Source of the DNA: Oscillospiraceae bacterium
Lineage (GTDB): Bacteria; Bacillota; Clostridia; Oscillospirales; Oscillospiraceae
Reading direction: 5' to 3'
Length of the DNA: 64,000 nt
Assembly (NCBI GenBank): GCA_020025175.1
Contig: JAHHSM010000002.1
Span: 6,984-70,983, forward strand
The position numbers and the translations under genes are program-made. The stretch's first letter is position 1. The number at the start of each line of letters is the position of its first letter. Positions 19,346 to 30,564 of this stretch are shown in pieces. The notes under the pieces were generated by a model. The model was not told the DNA's origin and ran no database searches. It worked only from the letters and a program-made list of their open reading frames with translations.

Positions 19346-21457
19346 TCACCTCTTGCTTTGGATCACCATTTGCAGTGTCTGCACATAGGGCGATGAATCC
19401 AGATTTGCTTTTTCTGAAATGGGCATGCGGGAAATCACGCACTCATCCTGCTTTATGCTGATTCGCAGCAAACCCCGCTCGCAAAATACGCTCAGGCAGA
19501 CCATTGCACGCAAGAACGGGTCCACACCGCCCAATACTTTTTCAATTTTTCTCAGCATGGGAAGATAAGGTACCGTCCAGTCGCCCTCTGCCGGAAGGGC
19601 CCGATTCAGCCAGCGCCAGCAGGCAGCAAACTGCTTTCTCTCGGGCAGCATCTGGATGGCTTCATGGGCTGTCACACCGTCTCCGTTCAAAAGGCGGTGC
19701 AATTTATCCAGATCCTCTCGCTCTCTGACGCTGGGTTCACGGGAAAGGCGGATATCTGTCAGCTGCATCTGCACCGTGCGATTGGAGCGGAATTCGTTCA
19801 CATTCAGATAAAATGCCGCATCCACACGGTCGCCCAGCCCAACGCCGCAGCTTTCAGTATTGGCGGAGAAGAAAATACCGTCCAGCTGTGTGGCTCCTTT
19901 AGAAAAATGGAGCTTTAAATGCTTGTTCTGCCCCACATTCTGCAAAGCATCCACCGTGAGTCCCTGAATACAAAACAGGGGGCGGGGATTGTCTGCGCCA
20001 TAGGGTTCCAACATGGAAAGCTGTTCTGCTTCCGCAAGATTCAGCAAATTCGGGTGGGTGAGCAGTGCGTCCACATCTATGCAGGATACCGGGCATTCAG
20101 CACCCAAAAACGCACGGGCGCAGCAGTTCATCTTCTTCCGAAATGCCGGTATTTTTTCCCGCTCAATCGTAAAGCCGGCAGCCAGCTCATGGCCGCCGAA
20201 GCCCAGCAGCAGATCCTGACATTCCTCCAGCGCCGCAAACAGATTGAATCCGCCATAACTGCGGCAGGAGCCTTTGCCCACATCTCCGTTGAGATGAATC
20301 ATAAAACTGGGGCAGGAATATTTCTCGCTCAGGCGGGACGCCACAATGCCCACCACGCCCTGATGCCAGGTGTCACTTTCCAGAACCAGCGCATTGCGCT
20401 CGCTGACATCCATCGTCTCGATACGCACCTGTGCTTCTGAAAAAATCTGTTGTTCCACGCTCTGACGCTCGCGATTCAATTCGCACAATTCCCGGGCAAG
20501 CAGCTCTGCCTTGGCAGGGTCCTTTGTCAAAAACAGTTCTGCCGCAGTATCCGCCTGGCCCATGCGTCCGGCGGCATTAATACGCGGTGCCAGCACAAAG
20601 CCGATATTTGTGGAGGAAACAAGCTTGCCGTCCAGCCCTGATTCCCGCAGCAGCGCCTGCAATCCAACACAATCTGCCTGAGGCAGGGCTGCAAGGCCGC
20701 AGTGGACAATCGTCCTGTTTTCTCCGGTCATGCTCATCACATCCGCCACCGTACCGATGGCTGCCAGCGTACAATAGTGCCGGAAGGTTTCTTCATAGTG
20801 TTCCGGGCCGTTCAATGCCATAGCCAGCTTCAGGGCAACACCGACACCTGCCAGATTCTTAAAGGGATAGGGGCAGTCACTCCGATGGGGATTGACCACC
20901 GCGATGGCATCAGGAAGCGCATCTTTGCATTCGTGGTGATCGGTGATGACCAGATCCATACCGATTTTTTTTGCAAAAGCGGCCTCTTCCACACCGGTAA
21001 TACCGCAGTCTACCGTGACCACAAGGGAAACGCCGGCATCTTTCAGCCGCTGCAGTGCGCCGCTGCTCAAACCGTAACCGTCGTCAATGCGATGGGGGAT
21101 ATATTTCATGCAGTCGGCACCCCTTCGGCATAATACATCCGTCATCAGGCAGGTAGATGTAATGCCGTCTACGTCATAATCACCGAATACAGCAACTTTC
21201 TCATGCCGCTCCAGTGCCAGATGAATGCGCTCTACTGCCCGATCCATATCTTTCATACCCATGGGGTCCAATGTCAAATGCTCATTTTGCAGCAGCATTT
21301 CTTCTGCCTGCTCCGCCGTACAAATACCGCGAGGCGCCAAAACGGCAGAAACAAGGTAGGGATATCCCAAGTCCATCAGCCTGCGCACCGCAGTTTCATC
21401 CGTTTCATGGATATTCCATCTTTGAAATTTCACCCTTCGGCACCTCCTTTCTACCAA
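19346..21457 (-). CDS. recJ: Single-stranded-DNA-specific exonuclease RecJ
   Basis: DHH motifs (VFGDYDVDGITS, VTVDCG, ITDHH), a DHHA1 domain (GGHELAAG) and a C-terminal extension. Confidence 0.9.
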   Translation of the reverse strand: MVERRCRRVKFQRWNIHETDETAVRRLMDLGYPYLVSAVLAPRGICTAEQAEEMLLQNEHLTLDPMGMKDMDRAVERIHLALERHEKVAVFGDYDVDGITSTCLMTDVLCRRGADCMKYIPHRIDDGYGLSSGALQRLKDAGVSLVVTVDCGITGVEEAAFAKKIGMDLVITDHHECKDALPDAIAVVNPHRSDCPYPFKNLAGVGVALKLAMALNGPEHYEETFRHYCTLAAIGTVADVMSMTGENRTIVHCGLAALPQADCVGLQALLRESGLDGKLVSSTNIGFVLAPRINAAGRMGQADTAAELFLTKDPAKAELLARELCELNRERQSVEQQIFSEAQVRIETMDVSERNALVLESDTWHQGVVGIVASRLSEKYSCPSFMIHLNGDVGKGSCRSYGGFNLFAALEECQDLLLGFGGHELAAGFTIEREKIPAFRKKMNCCARAFLGAECPVSCIDVDALLTHPNLLNLAEAEQLSMLEPYGADNPRPLFCIQGLTVDALQNVGQNKHLKLHFSKGATQLDGIFFSANTESCGVGLGDRVDAAFYLNVNEFRSNRTVQMQLTDIRLSREPSVREREDLDKLHRLLNGDGVTAHEAIQMLPERKQFAACWRWLNRALPAEGDWTVPYLPMLRKIEKVLGGVDPFLRAMVCLSVFCERGLLRISIKQDECVISRMPISEKANLDSSPYVQTLQMVIQSKR

Positions 21458-21757
21458 TTTTTCTATGAATCAATTTTCTTTGCCACAGCAAAGAAAATCT
21501 GGTTATATATTGACACTTTATTATAATCTATTTTTTCTCTGATGTCACTATTTTCTCATGAAAAGAGCCGCAATTGCCGTATTTTCGTTATACTTTTCCG
21601 CTCTGCCCTTTCAACCGTTCGAAAATCGGCCCAGTTTCTTTTTGACGTTTGATTTTGAGTATTTGTTGCCAAAATTTTTCTTTTATTTTAAGCATTATTG
21701 TGCTATAATGACTATAGCATCAATCCCCTGCTACCGCAGACGAAAGGAGTAAACCGT

Positions 21758-22312
21758 ATGAAGTTCACATTTACCACTAAGAAAGTCGAATTGAGCGATT
21801 CCATTAAGGAATATGCAGAGAAGAAAATCTCCAAGCTCGACCGCTATTTTAAAACGGAAGCGGAAGCCTACGTCACTTTCTCTGTTGAAAAGAACAATCG
21901 CTGCGTCGTCGAGGTAACCATTCGGGGAGGAAACACGCTCTTCCGCGCTCAGGAGGAGCATCCGGACGGAAATATGCGTGCAGCCATCGATAATGCGCAG
22001 GAATATATCGATCGTCAGATTCGCAAAAACAAAACACGTTTGGAAAAGCGCCTGCGCCAGGGTGCATTTGATCCCTCTGCACTGGCTGAAGCGCCTGAAG
22101 TGGTCGAAGAGCCTGAATTTAAAATTGTGCGGGAAAAGCATTTCTCCGTAAAACCCATGAATGTGGAAGAAGCCATTTTGCAGATGAACTTGCTGAATCA
22201 TAACTTCTTCATTTTCCGCCGTGAAAGTGATCATGCACTGTGCATTGTTTACAGCCGTAAAAACGGCGGCTATGGTCTGATTGAAGCAGACGAAGCAGTC
22301 GATGAGCATTGA
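21758..22312 (+). CDS. hpf: Ribosome hibernation promoting factor (long HPF)
   Basis: The ATG follows AAAGGAG. The product MKFTFTTKKVELSDSIKEYAEKKISKLDRYF... also has the C-terminal dimerisation domain VREKHFSVKPMNVEEAILQMNLLNHNFFIF. Confidence 0.9.
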   Translation: MKFTFTTKKVELSDSIKEYAEKKISKLDRYFKTEAEAYVTFSVEKNNRCVVEVTIRGGNTLFRAQEEHPDGNMRAAIDNAQEYIDRQIRKNKTRLEKRLRQGAFDPSALAEAPEVVEEPEFKIVREKHFSVKPMNVEEAILQMNLLNHNFFIFRRESDHALCIVYSRKNGGYGLIEADEAVDEH

Positions 22313-22316
22313 ATCT

Positions 22317-22349
22317 AAAAAAAGCAGCCCGTATGGGCTGCTTTTTTTA
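22317..22349. terminator. Bidirectional terminator
   Basis: AAAAAAAGCAGCCC-GTAT-GGGCTGCTTTTTTT between convergent genes. Confidence 0.8.
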
Positions 22350-22359
22350 TGCGATAAAA

Positions 22360-23451
22360 TTACTCTCCTGCACCAAACACGGGCAGCTGACGAATATTCT
22401 CATATCGTGCATCATTTGAGGGGGTAAAGCCGGTATAGCCGCAGCTGCTCCAGATCGCACGGGCATCGTCGTTATTTTCCAGTGCATCCATCGCTTCAAT
22501 CAGCGCATACTGGAAATTGACATTTCTAAACGCCTCGTCCTCTGTTCGCAGTACCATCGCATCACCGTAAATTTCCTCAGTCACACCTAAAACCTGAATT
22601 TCATTGAAGATACTATCCTCATGACCAAGACCGCGCTTGCCGGTATAATCCAGTGCGTTCGTTGATAATTTCCACGCCTCTGCATAATCCACGCGCTTGT
22701 CTGCCTCGATAACAATAATATCGGCATCGCCTCTGCCGGCTTCGGCAAACAATGCGCCATACCCGTCAATCGGGATCGCTTTGGGCACGTCGAGCATCGT
22801 CTTGTCAAAATGCTTTGTCAGCCAAAGCTCTGGATAAAAGAAATCGGAAGAAGTTTGTGCCTTTGGATACATCCAGGTTGCATCCCTGAGCATTTCCCAT
22901 GTCAATGTACCGTTTTGCGCTTCCTGTGCCAGCGCCTGTCCCTTCTGGGACTTTGTCGCGCAGATCAGCGTGCGGCTGTATGGGCAGTCTTCAGCGGTAT
23001 ATGCCACAGGGTCCACGCTGCCGTTCCAATCAGCGGGGGTAAGACTTTTTACATTCAGTCCCGGGCGTGTTGCCGTCATCAAAAGCTTTGCATCTTCATC
23101 ATAGGTGAAATATTGGCTGGCAGGGAGGATCACTACATCGGCGGTGCCATCGTCCAGAGCTTTACCGGAGGAGGTTGCCGTTGGTGCAACATCTACCGTA
23201 ATTTCTCCAACAGCCCAGCCTTGATGTGCCAGCTCTTCGCGCAATGATACGGCGAATCCGTCTCCGCATTCCGCCACAAGGCTTTGACTGACACCATATG
23301 GCAGCAGCACACGCAAATGCTCCATTGTACCCACAATTTGGGTCGGTTCCTCCATAGACGAGGTTTCTTCCGGTGTTTCGCCGCAGCCCGAAAGCAGACT
23401 GACACCCATAAACGCCGCCAGCAACCATGCCGCACTTCGTTTCATATTCAC
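22360..23451 (-). CDS. Lipoprotein, probable ABC-transporter substrate-binding protein (PhnD-like, tentative)
   Basis: Lipobox LLSGC after the signal peptide. The periplasmic-binding-protein-like segment DGTADVVILPASQYFTY is present. The family call is weak. Confidence 0.5.
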   Translation of the reverse strand: MNMKRSAAWLLAAFMGVSLLSGCGETPEETSSMEEPTQIVGTMEHLRVLLPYGVSQSLVAECGDGFAVSLREELAHQGWAVGEITVDVAPTATSSGKALDDGTADVVILPASQYFTYDEDAKLLMTATRPGLNVKSLTPADWNGSVDPVAYTAEDCPYSRTLICATKSQKGQALAQEAQNGTLTWEMLRDATWMYPKAQTSSDFFYPELWLTKHFDKTMLDVPKAIPIDGYGALFAEAGRGDADIIVIEADKRVDYAEAWKLSTNALDYTGKRGLGHEDSIFNEIQVLGVTEEIYGDAMVLRTEDEAFRNVNFQYALIEAMDALENNDDARAIWSSCGYTGFTPSNDARYENIRQLPVFGAGE

Positions 23452-23563
23452 GCCTCCTAAAGGTTATTCGTTTCTTTAAAATACAATATAGTATAGCATA
23501 ATTCCTAAAAAAATCATCAAATTTTTATGAACACTCATAAAAAAATGTGCATCTGAGAGGGAG

Positions 23564-25591
23564 TTAGCCCTCTATGGTTTTGATGTCCACGGTGTTGCCG
23601 CACAGTGTTGCCGCCCGTCCGCCATCGGTCAGCGCTTCTTTTAAAAGGGCATTTACCGTGAATCCGTTTAAAGATTGTTTTTTTCCATAAACGCCCTCAG
23701 CAACCACTGTTCCCGATGGTACCTTCTCTGTGACAGAAGCAAAAAAGCGAACGCGCGCCAGATCATTCCACGCCTCAACGATGCTCCCATCATGGATTCC
23801 GCGCCGCTTTGCATCGTCAGGGGAAATCAGCAGCTTCATTTCTCCGCGTGCACGCACCAGCTCTTCCCGCTCAGAAAACGAAGAGTTGAGCATGGCCTGA
23901 TGGGGTGCCACCACCAGATGCAGGGGATAGCTGCCGCTGGGGTCCGGCAGATAGCGGGGCAGAGGCTCTGCCAGCTCCGGATGATAAAACTCGATTTTTC
24001 CGCTTTCTGTTTCAAAAGCACAGGCATCTTTTTGCGGCAGGAGCACCGCAAGCCCTGCATCAAATTTTGCTTTGCTTTCTGCGCTCAATCCCTGCTGTAT
24101 CGTTGTGGATGCGGCGAGCACCGCTTCTTTCAGTGTTTCATTCGTCTGAGTGAAATAGTCTTCTTCAAAACCCATGGCACGCCCCAATAAAGCAAAGGTA
24201 TCAAAATTGCATTTGCATGCTCCCAGTGGTGAAATCACAGGATCTACGCGCTGCACACACCGTGTTCCGTAGGATGCAGCCAAATCGCCGTGCTCCACAG
24301 ATGTATCCGCAGGAAGAATGATATCGGCATACTTTGCCGTATCCGTCATAAAGCGCTCGTGCACCACGGTGAAAAGATTCTCTCTTGCAAGTCCTCGGAG
24401 CACTGCGCTTTGGTGGGGCGCAATACAGGCAGGATTGCTGCTGTAGACATACAGGCTCATAATGGGAGGCTCTTGCAGATCACACAGCGCGCTGCCCAGC
24501 TGGTTCATATTGATCGTTCGAAGGGGTTCCTTTTGAAAATCCGGTCGTTCAATCATATCCAAACAATACACGCCGCCTGTAGAAACATTTCCGATAATAC
24601 CGCCGTTTGGCTTTGCAAAAGCGCCCGTCACCGCCGCCAACGTGGTCACGCAGCGTACTGCCATCGCACCGTTTCCATGGCGGGACATTCCGGCACCGAA
24701 GAGAATTACCGGTGATTTTGCGGCGGCAAAGCCCCGGGCAACGGATGTCATCTGTTCGGATGGTACCGCTGTAATTTTTTCCGCTTCTTCTAAAGAATAT
24801 GACGGTAGACTTTCGAGAAACTTTTCCCAGCCAAGAGAATGCTCTTTTAAAAAGTCCATATCAACTTTGTCTTCCTGCTGCAAAATACGATCCATCATCA
24901 GAGCAAGGTAGGCATCTGTTCCGGGCCGTACCAGCACCACTTCATCGGCAAGGCTTGCCGCGCTCGTGCGGTACGTTTCCACCAGAACCACATGAGCGCC
25001 TCGCTTTTTTGCCTCTAGAATATTCGCCTGTGCATGAAGCCAAGTTGCAGTCACATTACTGCCCCAAATAATAATATAGTCACAATGAGCCAGCGCTTCG
25101 GGATTTTGCCCCGGTGTCGAGCCGATGATCTGCTCAAATCCGACATCTTTTGCGCTGGCGCAGATGGTGCGCTCCAGCTTGGAAGCACCCAAACGGTTAA
25201 AAAAGGCGTGTCCTGCGGAAAATTGCAGCTTATGCTCGGTGCCGGCGTAAGAATAGGGCAGGATTGCCTGAGCGCCAAAGCGTGCAATGATCTCTTTCCA
25301 CCGTTCGGTCATCTCCCCAACCGCCTCATCCCAGGAAATGGGCGCAAATTTTCCCTCACCTTTTTTGCCTATTCGGCGCAAAGGTGTTAAAATACGTTCA
25401 GGACTGTGTACCGTGCGTTCATAATGCACCATTTTGCGGCATAAAAAGCCCCGTGTTACAGGATGCTCCGGATCGCCTTTGACCCGATATACTGTTTTTC
25501 CGTCTGTTTCTACCAAAAGACCACAGCTGTCGGGGCAGTCAAAGGGGCAAACGGACCGTTTCCAAACTTTTTCAGGCATACGCCATCTCAT
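23564..25591 (-). CDS. Molybdopterin (bis-MGD) oxidoreductase
   Basis: N-terminal 4Fe-4S Mo/W motif CPFDCPDSCGLLVE...GFLCRK. 675 aa, with a C-terminal molybdopterin dinucleotide-binding region. Confidence 0.8.
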   Translation of the reverse strand: MRWRMPEKVWKRSVCPFDCPDSCGLLVETDGKTVYRVKGDPEHPVTRGFLCRKMVHYERTVHSPERILTPLRRIGKKGEGKFAPISWDEAVGEMTERWKEIIARFGAQAILPYSYAGTEHKLQFSAGHAFFNRLGASKLERTICASAKDVGFEQIIGSTPGQNPEALAHCDYIIIWGSNVTATWLHAQANILEAKKRGAHVVLVETYRTSAASLADEVVLVRPGTDAYLALMMDRILQQEDKVDMDFLKEHSLGWEKFLESLPSYSLEEAEKITAVPSEQMTSVARGFAAAKSPVILFGAGMSRHGNGAMAVRCVTTLAAVTGAFAKPNGGIIGNVSTGGVYCLDMIERPDFQKEPLRTINMNQLGSALCDLQEPPIMSLYVYSSNPACIAPHQSAVLRGLARENLFTVVHERFMTDTAKYADIILPADTSVEHGDLAASYGTRCVQRVDPVISPLGACKCNFDTFALLGRAMGFEEDYFTQTNETLKEAVLAASTTIQQGLSAESKAKFDAGLAVLLPQKDACAFETESGKIEFYHPELAEPLPRYLPDPSGSYPLHLVVAPHQAMLNSSFSEREELVRARGEMKLLISPDDAKRRGIHDGSIVEAWNDLARVRFFASVTEKVPSGTVVAEGVYGKKQSLNGFTVNALLKEALTDGGRAATLCGNTVDIKTIEG

Positions 25592-25700
25592 TCCTTTTCA
25601 AAAGTTTTTTCACAGTATACCATCTGTGTATTTAAAAAGAAAGATAGATCCCTTTTTCGGGCATGCTAATACAACGATATCAATGATGGAGGAAAGTTCT

Positions 25701-26711
25701 ATGTGTACTGCAATTACCTATCAAACGCAAAATCACTATTTCGGGCGCACATTCGATCATGATGCATCCTATGGCGAATCCGTTGTGATCACGCCGCGCC
25801 AGTTTCCCTTGCGCGCACTTCCCAATGTAAAAAGCCACTACGCCATCATCGGCATGGCGGCAGTCAGTGACAATTATCCGCTTTATTTTGATGCCACCAA
25901 TGAAAAGGGCCTGAGCATGGCAGGTTTAAATTTCCCGGGAAATGCGGTATATGCCGCACCCAAGGAAGGTGCGGACAATGTGCCCACGTTTGATTTTATC
26001 CCCTGGATTCTGGGACAATGCGCCAGCGTCACTCAGGCAGAAGCCCTGCTTTTGCGCACAAATCTGACAGATACACCCTTTAGCAGCGAAATTTCGCCCG
26101 CTCCGCTCCATTGGCTGCTGGCGGACCGGGAGTGTGCTCTGACCATTGAATCCATGAAGGACGGTATGCACATTTATAAGAATCCCATCGGTATTTTGAC
26201 CAACAATCCGCCCTTTCCGTGGCAAATGGCAAATTTAGCCAACTATCGTGCGCTTTCCCCAAAAGAAACAAAAACCAATTTTGCACCGCACATCAGCCTC
26301 ACGGCCCACAGTCATGGTATGGGTGCTGTGGGATTACCCGGTGATTTGTCCTCTGCATCCCGTTTTGTCCGTGTTGCTTTCACAAAGCTCAACTCCGTAT
26401 CCGGCAGCAGGGAATCGGAGAGCATCAGCCAGTTTTTCCATATTCTTGGCACGGTGTCCAACACACGGGGCTGCGTACAGTTGAACGACGATCATTATGA
26501 GTTCACTCGATACACTTCCTGCTGCAATACAGATCGGTGCATCTACTATTACACCACTTATGAAAACAGCCAAATTACCGCCGTGGATCTTTACAGCGAG
26601 GACTACAACGGCTCACAGCTGATTTCTTATCCGCTCATCACCCAACAGAAAATTTATCGGCAAAATAAAAAAACGATCCGCAAATTACTTCACGGATCGT
26701 TTCAAAAATGA
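25701..26711 (+). CDS. Choloylglycine hydrolase family (bile-salt-hydrolase-type Ntn hydrolase)
   Basis: The ATG follows GGAGGAAAG. The product begins MCTAITY with the nucleophile Cys2, followed by GRTFD and NNPPF motifs. Confidence 0.85.
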   Translation: MCTAITYQTQNHYFGRTFDHDASYGESVVITPRQFPLRALPNVKSHYAIIGMAAVSDNYPLYFDATNEKGLSMAGLNFPGNAVYAAPKEGADNVPTFDFIPWILGQCASVTQAEALLLRTNLTDTPFSSEISPAPLHWLLADRECALTIESMKDGMHIYKNPIGILTNNPPFPWQMANLANYRALSPKETKTNFAPHISLTAHSHGMGAVGLPGDLSSASRFVRVAFTKLNSVSGSRESESISQFFHILGTVSNTRGCVQLNDDHYEFTRYTSCCNTDRCIYYYTTYENSQITAVDLYSEDYNGSQLISYPLITQQKIYRQNKKTIRKLLHGSFQK

Positions 26712-26720
26712 TGGAATGAA

Positions 26721-28145
26721 TTATTCTTTGCCGGTCCAGCAATAGGTGCAGACCCTTTCGGGATCTACACCAATGGCCTCCAGCATGCCCTCCAGGGACT
26801 GATAGCCCAAAGAATCAAAACCAAATTTTTCGCAAATGGCTTTCAGCATGCACTGACCGCGCTCGGTGTTGGCATCGGCGTATTCCTCCAGATGCTCCTG
26901 CCCCTCGTCGCCCTCCAGCTCCTGCACGACGCGGCGCGCCAGCAAGTCCATATCGGAGTTGCCGCGGGAGAAGTTCAGGTACTTGCAGCTGTACATGATG
27001 GGGGGGCAGGCGGAGCGCATATGCACTTCTTCTGCACCGGAATCATACAGGAAGTCAACGGTTTCCTGCAGCTGTGTACCGCGCACAATCGAATCATCCA
27101 CAAAGAGCAGTTTCTTGCCCTGGATCAATTCCGGGACAGGAATCTGCTTCATTTTTGCCACCTGATGGCGTACTTCCTGATTCTTGGGCATAAAGGAACG
27201 GGGCCAGGTGGGGGTATACTTGACAAAGGGACGGGAAAGGGGCTTGCCGCTGCGGTTGGCGTAACCAATGGCGTGGGGCACGCCGGAATCGGGAACGCCG
27301 GCCACGGAATCTACCTTCGGCAGCCGACCATGCAGCACCTCGTCGCGCGCCATGATTTCGCCGTTGCGATAGCGCATCACTTCCACATTTTGTCCCTCGT
27401 AGTTGGAATTGGGATATCCATAATAGGTCCACAGGAAAGCGCAGATTTTCATATCCTTGCCGGCAGGGGAGATGGTTTCATATCCATCCGGCGTAATTTT
27501 TACGATTTCTCTGGGACCAAGCTCATAGGCATTGTCGTATCCGAGCTTGTGATAGGCAAAGGATTCAAAGGATACGCAATGCCCCGAATCGTTCTTGCCT
27601 ACCAGCACCGGCAAACGGCCCAGCTTGTCACGCGCGGCAATAATTTCGCCCTGATCGGTCAGGATCAAAATTGTCATGGACCCCTTGATCACGTCCTGCG
27701 CATGCAGGATACCGTCCACCAGATTGTCTTTCTGGTTGATCAACGCAGCGGTCAGCTCCGTTGCATTGACTTTGCCGGAGCTCATAGCCATAAACTGATG
27801 TCCATGGTCGGAGAAATACTCCCGGATCAGCTCGTCGGCATTGTTGATGCAGCCGACCGTAGTGATGCCGTACAGACCGAGATGGGAACGCACCAGAAGC
27901 GGCTGCGGGTCAGTATCGCTGATGCAGCCGATACCGGCATTACCGCAAAACTCTGCCAGATCATTTTCGAATTTAGTGCGAAACGGGGAATTCTCAATGT
28001 TATGAATCTGGCGATGCCAGCCGCGTTCCTGATCATAAAACAACATACCGCCGCGAGAGGTGCCCAGATGGGAGTGATAGTCCACGCCAAAGAAAACATC
28101 CAGCACACAATCCCGGTGACAGGTTGCGCCAAAAAAACCACCCAT
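26721..28145 (-). CDS. purF: Amidophosphoribosyltransferase-like protein (class II glutamine amidotransferase + PRTase)
   Basis: 474 aa with the PRTase motif LLFVDDSIVRGTQ and an N-terminal Ntn-amidotransferase-like domain. It lies adjacent to purC. Confidence 0.75.
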   Translation of the reverse strand: MGGFFGATCHRDCVLDVFFGVDYHSHLGTSRGGMLFYDQERGWHRQIHNIENSPFRTKFENDLAEFCGNAGIGCISDTDPQPLLVRSHLGLYGITTVGCINNADELIREYFSDHGHQFMAMSSGKVNATELTAALINQKDNLVDGILHAQDVIKGSMTILILTDQGEIIAARDKLGRLPVLVGKNDSGHCVSFESFAYHKLGYDNAYELGPREIVKITPDGYETISPAGKDMKICAFLWTYYGYPNSNYEGQNVEVMRYRNGEIMARDEVLHGRLPKVDSVAGVPDSGVPHAIGYANRSGKPLSRPFVKYTPTWPRSFMPKNQEVRHQVAKMKQIPVPELIQGKKLLFVDDSIVRGTQLQETVDFLYDSGAEEVHMRSACPPIMYSCKYLNFSRGNSDMDLLARRVVQELEGDEGQEHLEEYADANTERGQCMLKAICEKFGFDSLGYQSLEGMLEAIGVDPERVCTYCWTGKE

Positions 28146-28185
28146 GATAAATTATTTCCTTTCCTGCTTTTGGTAAACCGTAAAA

Positions 28186-28866
28186 TTAGGCAAAAAACAG
28201 CTGGGAGAGGGTCATGGGATCGATATACTGGCCATCCTTGTAGACACGCATATTGCCGGAAGCGACCTCGTCGATCAGCATTACCTTGCCGTCTGCGTCA
28301 TAACCAAACTCAAACTTGATGTCATACAGAACCAGACCCTTTTCCTTCAGATCGTCTGCAACGATCTGGGTGATCTTCTGGGTCATTTCCTTGATATCTT
28401 CATACTGCTGGTCTGTCATCACGCCCAGCGCAACCAGTGCGTCCTTGGTGACCAGAGGATCGCCCAGCTCATCGTTTTTAAAGGTGGTTTCCACATATGC
28501 AGGCAGGTCGGCACCCTCTTCAATGTACTGACCGTAGCGGCGCAGGAAGCTGCCAACAGCCTTGTGGCGGCAGATCACTTCCAGACCCTGACCGAATACC
28601 TTTGCGGGAAGAACCTCCATGGTTGTATCTTCGAGGTTTGCATTCACATAGTGGGTCTTGATGCCGGCTGCGTTGATTTTTTCAAAGAAATAGATGGACA
28701 TTCTCAGATTGACATCGCCAACGCCCTCGATCGTCAGGCCGACAGAGTTTTCACCGGGATCAAACACGCCGTCCTTACCGGTGCAGTCATCCTTAAACTT
28801 CAGCAGATAGTTGCCATTTTCCAATGCATAAACATCCTTGGTCTTTCCGGTATAAACAAGATTCAC
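28186..28866 (-). CDS. purC: Phosphoribosylaminoimidazole-succinocarboxamide synthase
   Basis: The product [15 protein letters not shown]...KFKDD is the canonical SAICAR synthase N-terminus. The GTG start follows GGAGGA. Confidence 0.9.
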   Translation of the reverse strand: MNLVYTGKTKDVYALENGNYLLKFKDDCTGKDGVFDPGENSVGLTIEGVGDVNLRMSIYFFEKINAAGIKTHYVNANLEDTTMEVLPAKVFGQGLEVICRHKAVGSFLRRYGQYIEEGADLPAYVETTFKNDELGDPLVTKDALVALGVMTDQQYEDIKEMTQKITQIVADDLKEKGLVLYDIKFEFGYDADGKVMLIDEVASGNMRVYKDGQYIDPMTLSQLFFA

Positions 28867-29370
28867 AGTAAGTCCTCCAATTAAATAAATTTTGGCTCAA
28901 TTTTAATGCATTTACGTTTTTTGCAATATTTTTATTGTATCTGAATTTTTTTACTTATACAACTGGAGAAATGCAAAAAATGTCACAAAAAAATATGCTG
29001 AAATGACGTTCCAAATGAAGAAATTGCATCATATGACAGTATATATGCATATTTTCCCCTTACCCGGTCCATGGCAGGCACGGGCACCCAGCCCATTTTT
29101 TCCACTGCGCATTCTTCTCGTTTTCATTGTGTGATTCTCAGGTGTAAAAATACACAGAACAATGGAGCGTTTTTTGCTGAAATGGAACTATTTGGCATGA
29201 ATTGTTTGCTGTTTTCCAATAAATTTTGTTTATATTATATATATCATCTCAAATTGCAAAATTTTAAGTTTACAAGAAGACATTTTCTTGGTATTCTATT
29301 ATACTGGAGATAACATTTTGAGTTACCATCAATTTTTATATTTTATATATAGAACAAGGAGTGATCCAGT

Positions 29371-30564
29371 ATGAGTCGTATGGTCGGTACTGTTTCCAGA
29401 GGCCTGCGCGCACCCATCATTCGTCAGGGCGACGATCTGGCTGACATCGTTACATCTTCCATTTTGGAGGCCGCAGCAGACGACGGCTTCGAAATCCGTG
29501 ATCGTGACGTGATCGCAATGACGGAAGCGATTGTCGCCCGTGCACAGGGCAACTACGCCAAGGTAGACGATATTGCCGCAGATGTGCGTGCCAAGTTCGG
29601 CGGTGAAGAAGTGGGCGTTATTTTCCCCATTCTCAGCCGCAACCGTTTTGCAATCTGCCTGCGCGGTATCGCATCCGGCGTAAAAAAGGTCGTTCTGATG
29701 CTGAGCTATCCCTCTGATGAAGTGGGCAACCATCTGATCAGCATGGATGCACTGGACGAAAAGGGCATCGATCCTTATAAAGATGTTTTGAGTGAAGAGA
29801 AGTACCGTGAGCTGTTTGGCTACGAAAAGCATCCCTTCACCGGTGTGGACTATGTGGAATATTACAAGACCCTGATTCAGGAAAGCGGCGCCGAAGCTGA
29901 AATCATTTTCGCAAATGATCCCCGTGCTGTTTTGGACTACACCAAAAATGTCCTGTCCTGCGATATCCACACCCGCGCACGCACCAAGCGCCTGCTGAAG
30001 GCCGCCGGCGCAGAGCGCGTATTCGGTCTGGATGAAATTATGACGGCTCCCATCAATGGCAGCGGCTATAATGAAAAGTACGGTTTGCTGGGCAGCAACA
30101 AGTCCACCGAGGATCAGGTGAAGCTCTTCCCCAGAGACTGTCAGGATCTGGTGGTGGAAATCCAGAAGCGTCTTTTGGAAAAGACCGGCAAGCATGTGGA
30201 AGTCATGGTTTATGGCGACGGCGCGTTCAAAGACCCTGTCGGAAAGATCTGGGAGCTGGCTGACCCTGTTGTTTCCCCGGCATACACCGCAGGTTTGGAG
30301 GGCACGCCCAACGAGCTGAAGCTGAAGTATCTTGCCGACAACGATTTTGCACATCTCTCCGGTGATGCGCTGAAGGAAGCCATCAAGGAAGAGATTCACA
30401 AGAAGGATGACAATCTGGTCGGTCAGATGGTTTCCGAGGGCACAACACCGCGCCGCCTTACCGACTTGATCGGCTCCCTGTGCGATTTGACTTCCGGCTC
30501 CGGTGATAAGGGTACGCCCATTGTTTATATCCAGGGCTACTTCGATAACTATACCACGGAATAA
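29371..30564 (+). CDS. CofE-like gamma-glutamyl ligase family protein (F420-0:gamma-glutamyl ligase fold)
   Basis: 397 aa with an N-terminus VGTVSRGLRAPIIRQGDDLADIV resembling PF01996 members found in Firmicutes. The ATG follows AAGGAG. Confidence 0.65.
   Translation: MSRMVGTVSRGLRAPIIRQGDDLADIVTSSILEAAADDGFEIRDRDVIAMTEAIVARAQGNYAKVDDIAADVRAKFGGEEVGVIFPILSRNRFAICLRGIASGVKKVVLMLSYPSDEVGNHLISMDALDEKGIDPYKDVLSEEKYRELFGYEKHPFTGVDYVEYYKTLIQESGAEAEIIFANDPRAVLDYTKNVLSCDIHTRARTKRLLKAAGAERVFGLDEIMTAPINGSGYNEKYGLLGSNKSTEDQVKLFPRDCQDLVVEIQKRLLEKTGKHVEVMVYGDGAFKDPVGKIWELADPVVSPAYTAGLEGTPNELKLKYLADNDFAHLSGDALKEAIKEEIHKKDDNLVGQMVSEGTTPRRLTDLIGSLCDLTSGSGDKGTPIVYIQGYFDNYTTE

Noticed and set aside
28867-29370. 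A 504-bp AT-rich divergent intergenic region upstream of purC, checked for a purine or ZTP riboswitch or a PurR box
   Set aside because: Reading the purC-sense strand, I could not find the conserved purine-riboswitch cores (UAUAAU...GGAUAUGG...UUUCUACC...CCGUAAAU) or the ZTP motif (GGGUCGUGACUGGCG...CCGCCUGGGCA). I saw only weak hairpins. The 80-aa ORF at 29071..29313 has no RBS and no coding character. A covariance-model scan would be needed to exclude a divergent riboswitch.
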